Positions 57,656-64,000 of a stretch of 64,000 bases of DNA are shown here, one piece after another (position 1 is the stretch's first letter; each line of letters starts with the position of its first letter). Below the pieces are notes generated by a model. It saw only the letters and a program-made list of their open reading frames with translations, did not search any database and was not told the DNA's origin. The stretch comes from Minutocellus sp. GHC0000111 (Eukaryota): assembly GCA_977018835.1 (NCBI GenBank), contig OZ361259.1, positions 3,658,001 through 3,722,000 of the forward strand, in the 5' to 3' direction. The translations under genes were made by a program, and so were the position numbers.

Positions 57656-58920
57656 GCAAGGACGGCAATCCCTACGAATATTACGGAATGTGGTCGGCCA
57701 TCTCGGGCAGCACCATCGTCGTCGGATCGCCCGGCACCGAGGGGCCGGGTCTCGATGGCAAGGTGCACAAGTTGGGCCGTGTGCACATATTTGAGGGCAG
57801 ACAGAGAGAAGTTCCAAATGAAGAAGAAATGGAGGATGACAAGTCGGAGTGGACATGGGAGGAAATACCAACTGGGGCGTTGGAACCTACCGAACGAGTG
57901 ACGGAGTATGGACTCGTGGCATCGTTTGGGTTCCGTGTGACCTTGTCGGGCGATGTTCTTGCCGTCACATCCTTTACAGACAAGGCCGGATTCCCAGGTG
58001 TGGGTATGGTCTACGTGTACCGTCGCCATGTGGACGGCAACACAACCGCGTGGGTGGAAGAGGCCATCATCGTACCCCCCGAGGATGCCATGGAGGACGA
58101 TGCCGCGATGGCTGTCTTTGGAGCTCTGGTGGCCGTGTCGGGCGATACCATGGCGGTGGCATCGGTCCTGCGCGATAACGCCAGGGGCGCCGTGTATGTG
58201 TATCATCGCGTGGTAGATGCAAATGGGACGGTGACATGGCAAGAAGAGGCCAAACTCGAGGCATCGGATGGGATGGAGGGGGATGAGTTTGGTAGTAGCC
58301 TGGCCATGGATGGAAATACCATCGTCGCCAGTTCCGTTTGGGCTATGAACAACGATGGAGACATTGTTGGCAAGGCCTACGTATTCTCCAAGAATGATGA
58401 AGGTTCTTGGGTAGAAACTGATATTCTAACGGCATCTGATGCTCAACCAAATGCTGAATTTGGTTACTTTGTCGACATCGTTGGTGATACCATTGCAGTC
58501 AGTGCGCCATTTGCAAACAGGGGAGGTGAGGAAGATCCAAATGGAATGGTGTATATCTACAGATACGACGGTGCCGACACAGTTTCCGGTGGAAACTCCA
58601 CTTGGATTGAAACTTTTATGCTTTCCGCCGATGATGCCAGTGAATTTGGAGGTAGTCTTTCCATGCATGGCGAATATATTGTTGTCGGGGCGCCTTGAGC
58701 TCCGGAAGGTGGAGGGATTTACTTGTATGGCTTGGAAGGAGACGACTGGAAACTTGAAAAGAAAATTCAATATCCCAATACTGTTGGATTTGGACGCTCG
58801 GTTGGCATATCTGAACAGGCAGTTGTAGTGACTGATCCTATATTCACTAGGAGTGGCATGGCACAGTCGGGAGCAGCGTTTGCTGTAGATTATTTGCAAA
58901 GCAACGAGACTCTTTGCTGA
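57656..58920 (+). pseudogene. FG-GAP repeat (beta-propeller) protein, 5'-truncated, in-frame TGA at 58696-58698
   Basis: Repeats FGxxVAxSGDxxxV...GxVYVY; the frame continues GAP*APEGGGIYLY to VDYLQSNETLC. Confidence 0.8.
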
Positions 58921-59318
58921 TGTTTTTTTTTAAAGCGCAATAACGCATCTATCACACAACATAAAAGAGAGAAGAAGAGACACGACGAAAGAAATGAAAT
59001 TGAAGAAATTTCACCAATCAAACACAACTCAATTTTTATGTACCGGTATCCCTACTTGAGACTGGGAACTCAAACTAAGTAGCTTTAAGCTTGTTTTGAA
59101 TAGAACTCTTTTATATATAAAACCAATGTGCAAAGATTATTTTTCTCTTTGACTCTTCAGGCGCCCCCTGCGGCTTTGCCATGGTGAGAATTGCCCATCA
59201 AACATCGCCGAAAAGGAATGTCGCCGAGCTGCTGACGCAGCCGTTGACTGCTTGCTGCTTGCGTATCATCCTCTCACATCATGTGCTCATAATTGATACG
59301 TCTCTGCTTTGCGCAAAC

Positions 59319-60458
59319 ATGATACACAGCACGTTCCTCTTCCTTCTGCCCCTCCTCTCTTCGTGCTCGGCATTTTTTTCTCAGCCAGCCCGTCCAAACC
59401 ACAGTCGTATAATCATGAAACCGCTCTCGGCCGAAGCATCAGCCTCCTCAACCTCCGCCTCCGGCTCCTCCTCCTCCTCCTCCTCATATGCCCTCGACCG
59501 CAAACCGACCAAGGGGGACATCGTCACCGTCGACTGGAATCTGGAACCCCGGGGAGATTTCGTTGCCGAACCGCTCTTTGACACCAGCGGCCAAATATCC
59601 TTTGTGTTGCACGGCGGCAACTACCTGCCCGGCCTGCACGAGCTCGTCGCGACCCTGAAACCCGGCGAGGCCGTCGACAACGTCGTGCTAGATGCCGGTT
59701 GGGGCGAACGACGGGATGATTTGGTGGTGAAGATGCCCAAGCAGGACAATTTGGACATGTCCAAGATTACTGTTGGAACAGAGCTGATGCTGGCCAATGG
59801 ATTAAAGTGTGTGGTGGCCGAGGTGGGGGAGGAGGATTTTACCATCGATGCGAACCCACCGTTGGCGGGGGCCAGCTATTCGGCCAACGTCAAGCTGGTG
59901 AGTGTGGAGGAGGGACCCACAAAACTGCTGTATAGAGACGATGGCAGTATAGACGAGGAGCAGACTGGCCAGTATGACGTGGCTACCTTCGCTCTGGGTT
60001 GTTTCTGGGGAGGTGAACTGGAATTCATGCGCGTTCCCGGTGTGGTCGGTACAAAGGTCGGCTATACTCAGGGGGAGAAGGAGGACCCAGCCTACAAGGA
60101 GGTATGTTCGGGAACTACCGGTCACACCGAAGCGATTCAAATCGTGTTTGATCCATCTGCCGTTTCTTACGAGAAGCTTGTGCACATTGCCATGGATCGG
60201 CTCGACGACAACAAGTATCTGCTAAATCAGGTTGGCAATGATCGTGGGACGCAATATCGCCATGGCATTTACTACCATACAAGTGAGCAGAGAGAAATTG
60301 CACGGAAGATATTAGAAACCTTTGGAGAGGGCTGCAAGACCGAGCTGGAGCAGGCTACCGTGTTTTACGATGCCGAGGACTACCATCAGCAATATCTGCT
60401 GAAGGGCGGACAGTCTGCCAAGAAATTATGCGATACGTTGATTAGGTGCTATGGATAA
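59319..60458 (+). CDS. msrA: Plastid-targeted FKBP (SlyD-like) PPIase / methionine sulfoxide reductase A fusion
   Basis: Signal CSA-FF; GDIVTV..GGNYLPGL..AGWG..IDANPPLAG; GCFWG, YKEVCSGTTGHTE, GTQYRHGIY and AEDYHQQYL. Confidence 0.9.
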   Translation: MIHSTFLFLLPLLSSCSAFFSQPARPNHSRIIMKPLSAEASASSTSASGSSSSSSSYALDRKPTKGDIVTVDWNLEPRGDFVAEPLFDTSGQISFVLHGGNYLPGLHELVATLKPGEAVDNVVLDAGWGERRDDLVVKMPKQDNLDMSKITVGTELMLANGLKCVVAEVGEEDFTIDANPPLAGASYSANVKLVSVEEGPTKLLYRDDGSIDEEQTGQYDVATFALGCFWGGELEFMRVPGVVGTKVGYTQGEKEDPAYKEVCSGTTGHTEAIQIVFDPSAVSYEKLVHIAMDRLDDNKYLLNQVGNDRGTQYRHGIYYHTSEQREIARKILETFGEGCKTELEQATVFYDAEDYHQQYLLKGGQSAKKLCDTLIRCYG

Positions 60459-60674
60459 ATAATTTCATTATTTTACGCTGTTATACACTAGCCTTCTTTT
60501 GCTCATTTCGTTGCTACTTCATGTATCTTTGTTTCTTTTATTCTTGCGTTTTGTTTCTTGATTTATTTCTTGATTTGTTCGTGTGTGGGCGCGTGGATCT
60601 TTTGCTTCGCATTTGCTTCTTTTCTTCAAGCTTATTTGTTCTCTTCTTTACTTTGCGGTTGTTGGGCGTTGTTC

Positions 60675-63335
60675 TTAGCACAGAGTTGTTTGATTGGTCT
60701 GCGAATAGTCCACAGCAAAAGCAGCACCGCTTTTCATCTTAGAATTGGGCTGGTAATACACCGGATCCGAGGATACTAGAATCGTGTCCGATATTCCAAT
60801 GGACCGTCCAAACGATTCAGTACCGGGGTATTTGAATTGATTTAACAAGGACCAACTGTCGGCCTTGCCTTTGTAAACATATACTCCGCCTCCAATGCCA
60901 GGGCCGGAGGATGTCTGAGTTGGAGTAGAAGGTGCCCCGATAGCAAGGATATCGCCGTGCATGAAGAGACTGCCTCCAAACTCACTGGCGTCCAAAGCAA
61001 CTATCTTGGCCGTTTCAACACAAGCAATGCCATCTTCTGGGCCAGCATCGGAGCACTCGTAGACATATACCGATCCGCTAGCTCCAGCAAACGGGGCACC
61101 GACTGCAACAATGCCGTTGTGAATGGAGACGGAGAAACCAAACTCCGAGTTGCGCTGAGCATCAGGCGAAGTAAGAATGCTTGTTTCTTCTCATCCGGCC
61201 CCATTATCCTTGGAAAACGTGTAGATGTAGGCCTTGCCGATGATGTGTCCGCTCTCATCCTGGGCAAGGACAGAGCCACTGACAATTGTGTTGCCTTCGA
61301 TGGCTACGCTAGAACCGAACTCGTCTCCCGTCGCTCCATCCGATGCCTCTAGTTTGGCTTTGAATATCCATGCGACATGGCCGTCGTCCATATCGACATG
61401 ACGGGTGAACACATAGGCGGCGCCCTTGCTGTTATCACGCATAGGCGACGTGACGACGACGGCATCACCAGATACTGCGATCTGCGTCCCGAATGAAGCC
61501 ACAGCATCATCGTCGTCCTCGGCATCGAGGGGGGGTGTAATAATTGCCTCCTCATTCCAGATGTTGGAGTCGGGGTCGCGGCGGTAGATGTAGACCATGC
61601 CTGAAGAAAATTTAGTAGGAAAAGAGGAAATGGGAAAAAATTGACGTCAGATTTCGATACGGATCCCCACATAATCCCGATCTAATGACCACCTTTGTTT
61701 CTTCACAATATAATTTCACTCACCCAGTCTTCGGATCCCAAAGCCGTCGCTAAAGGCTGTAACGGCCAATACATCATCGGATGTTGCGACTCGAAAGCCA
61801 AAGGATTCCACCAAACCATACTTCGTCTCCCTCTCGGCAGGTTCCAGCGGTGAGGTATCCTTCTCCTCCTCCCAGGTCCATTGGGCCGCTGAGCCCTCTT
61901 CTCCATCGACACGGCTGCCCTGAAAGATATGAACCCTGCCCAGCTTGTGGGCGTTCCCGCCAAGGCCGATGCCTTCGGTGCCAGGAGACCCAACGATGAC
62001 CATGCTGCTCCCCGAAACGGCCGAGGACATGCCATAAAACTCGTTCGGGTTGCCTCCGGAGGCTGGGGTGTCAATGCGTTCCAGCGGCTCTGCGATGATG
62101 GCGCTGCAAAGATCGTCGTCGGGAAAGATCCAAGTCGTCAGGTTGGCACGGTCGGTACCGAGGGTGGGGGGTGGGGTCGGAGTGGGGGCGAACGTGCCGT
62201 CGGAAACGCACTCGTTGGTGCGCTCGTTGAACCACGGAGACAAGGGAGTGCACTTGGCGACTCCACCGGAATACTTGCCCGTGCAGCATCCCGTTCCTGC
62301 GGCCCAGGATCGGCACTCGCCGTTGGAATCGCACTTGGCCCAGTCGGCCTTGGAGTTGTTGGGTGAGGGAGTCGGGGCTACGGTAGCCGGGACGTCGACG
62401 ACGCACTCGTTGGTACGTTGGTTGAACCACGGGGACAGGGGGGTGCACTTGGCGACCCCACCGGAGTACTTGCCTGTGCAGCAGCCCGTCCCATCGGACC
62501 AGACCTTGCACTCGGAGCTGACGGTGCATCGGTCCCATTCGGCTAGCAGTTCAACCGCATCGGTGGCGTTGGCACTGCTTGCATTGAACGATGGGGCCGG
62601 CACGGCCGTGGGGCGAGTGAGTGGGACCGATATGGACACCACGAGCACAATGGCCAGGAGGACCAGCAAGTCAGTACCGACGACGGTCGATCGTTGCTGC
62701 GACAGCGTCTTCTTGTATTCGCCCTTGAGCTTGGAGATCCGTTCGTCGACGACGCGCTGGTCGACGAGGGAGAGGGCCGGTGCCTCGGCGCCGTTGCTGT
62801 CGTCCTCGGACATGGACATGGCGTGGGTGACCAGGGTCGACGACAGGGCGCTCGGGGGGTGGTCGCCGCTGCCGCTGCCGTCGTCTTCGACCAGAGTCGC
62901 CGTGACCACGACGGGGAGGTCGCCGTCCTCGGTGGAAGAAGGGCCGGTGGTCGGGTTTGTGTGCGATGGCGTGCTGCCGGAGGTTGTGGCGGTGTTGTCG
63001 TTAGCGTTGGGTGCATCGAGATCTACCACCCCCGAGTTGCGAGTGAGGGTGGTGCGAGGCACGACGTGGTAGGCGCCAGGGCCCAGCTGCCGATTGTCGA
63101 CGCCGCCAGCGGCCCAGCCGGAGTAGCTGCTGACCAGGGTGCTCCCGTCGTCGCCACCGGCAGCCAGAGCGCCGGCCCCAACAGTATGAATGGTCGTTTC
63201 GTCGCCGCCGACGGCCAGAATGCTGCTGCTGCTGCAAGTCGCCTCGTCTCCTTCGAGGCAATTTGCATCTTCGGCCTCCCGCCGGTGGTTCTGGTTGGCT
63301 CCTCCTCCGTCGACAGTGTTGGCTACGAGGACCAT
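60675..63335 (-). CDS. Type II membrane protein with two Cys-rich repeats and an FG-GAP propeller; intron 61601-61723; in-frame TGA at 61191-61193
   Basis: PGAY motif, TM VLLAIVLVVSISVPL, two copies of W..C....EC..W..GTGCCTGKYSGGVAKCTPLSPWFN.RTNECV, and FG-GAP repeats paralogous to 57656-58920. Confidence 0.8.
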
Positions 63336-64000
63336 GTTCTCTCTCTTTCTCTCTCTCTTTCTCCACAAGCAAGATGCTACGTAGCTCTATTCCTATTGTG
63401 GAGGCTCGGACGATTTTACAGCGGAGGTGCTGTCAGCGTGTTCAGGAGAATGCATTTATTGGGAGCTGCTTTTTTTAGCCCCTGTTGGGAGCTGCCGTTT
63501 TTTTAGTGGCTGTCAGCTACCGATTGCGATGCGACGAGAGAAAGAAAGTTACTGTAAGAAAGTGCAGAGGACATCCTCAAGGAGCGAGCGTGGAAAAGTG
63601 TGGCGCTATAATACGGCGAAAAGGCCTGAAAAAGCTGTTTCTGTGCAACCCACTGCTACCCGCGAAAAACTTGTTTTGAGCAGAAAGAGGCCGCCTTTCT
63701 TAGATGCACAGTCTGGAACAAGCCTCGACAGCGAACAATGTGTAAGATAATGAATGTAGATGATGACGCGTTCTCGGACACTGCGTCACTTTTGTCAGCG
63801 CCACGTCGCGCCACACAACAAGCATTAGCCTGCGCGTCAAGTCAAAATCAGACAACGTCAGCAATCAGCTCCTTTGTCAAGACGCATTTGCGACGGTGAA
63901 ATACTACGTAGCATTCGCCTGTTATACTGTAATACTACGTAGCATTCTGTGAATACAACGACGCACCGGGAGCCGCTTTCTTTTTTACATTGTCATCTCC

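Noticed and set aside
57352..58242. Chimeric ORFs across the 57655 junction that could give the truncated ATPase a new N-terminus
   Set aside because: The upstream part is antisense to the FG-GAP gene, has no promoter evidence and lacks the phosphorylation site.
58696..58698. Selenocysteine or a UGA=Trp genetic code
   Set aside because: The aligned residues are Ser and Trp, not Cys, and TGA is an ordinary terminator for several genes here (2528, 14342, 17844, 40553, 58920).

Overview
Gene-dense eukaryotic nuclear DNA, most likely a diatom or another stramenopile with a red-derived plastid. This is inferred from short GT-AG introns, bipartite signal peptide+Phe (ASAF-type) presequences and a PGAY-motif type II membrane protein. 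It holds about 25 protein genes: FAD synthase (partial), EXO1, an FCP1/SCP-type phosphatase, a SPAG7-like protein, a plastid aldo-keto reductase, an EI24-like protein, a CRAL-TRIO protein, a GT-like protein, ThrE, a G8/beta-helix/EGF/CBM32 secreted protein, an alpha/beta hydrolase, a TAF1A/Rrn11-like protein, ABCF2, Wee1, serine acetyltransferase, a signal-peptide Fe-SOD, a MYND protein, a P2B Ca-ATPase, PRP38, an FKBP-MsrA fusion and two FG-GAP paralogs. Three structures stand out. (1) A complete TA-flanked Tc1/mariner element (34099-36390, about DD39D) whose transposase has an HMG-box-like N-terminal segment; it also carries an antisense passenger ORF and sits upstream of Wee1. (2) A 6.3 kb fold-back palindrome (3.0 kb arms, 331 bp spacer) that duplicates the Ca-ATPase 3' half, a hypothetical gene and PRP38, and joins a 5'-truncated FG-GAP gene. 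(3) Many 1-nt homopolymer frameshifts that look like unpolished long-read errors, so any pseudogene or palindrome call needs read-level checking. All family assignments come from motif recognition by eye; no database search was run.
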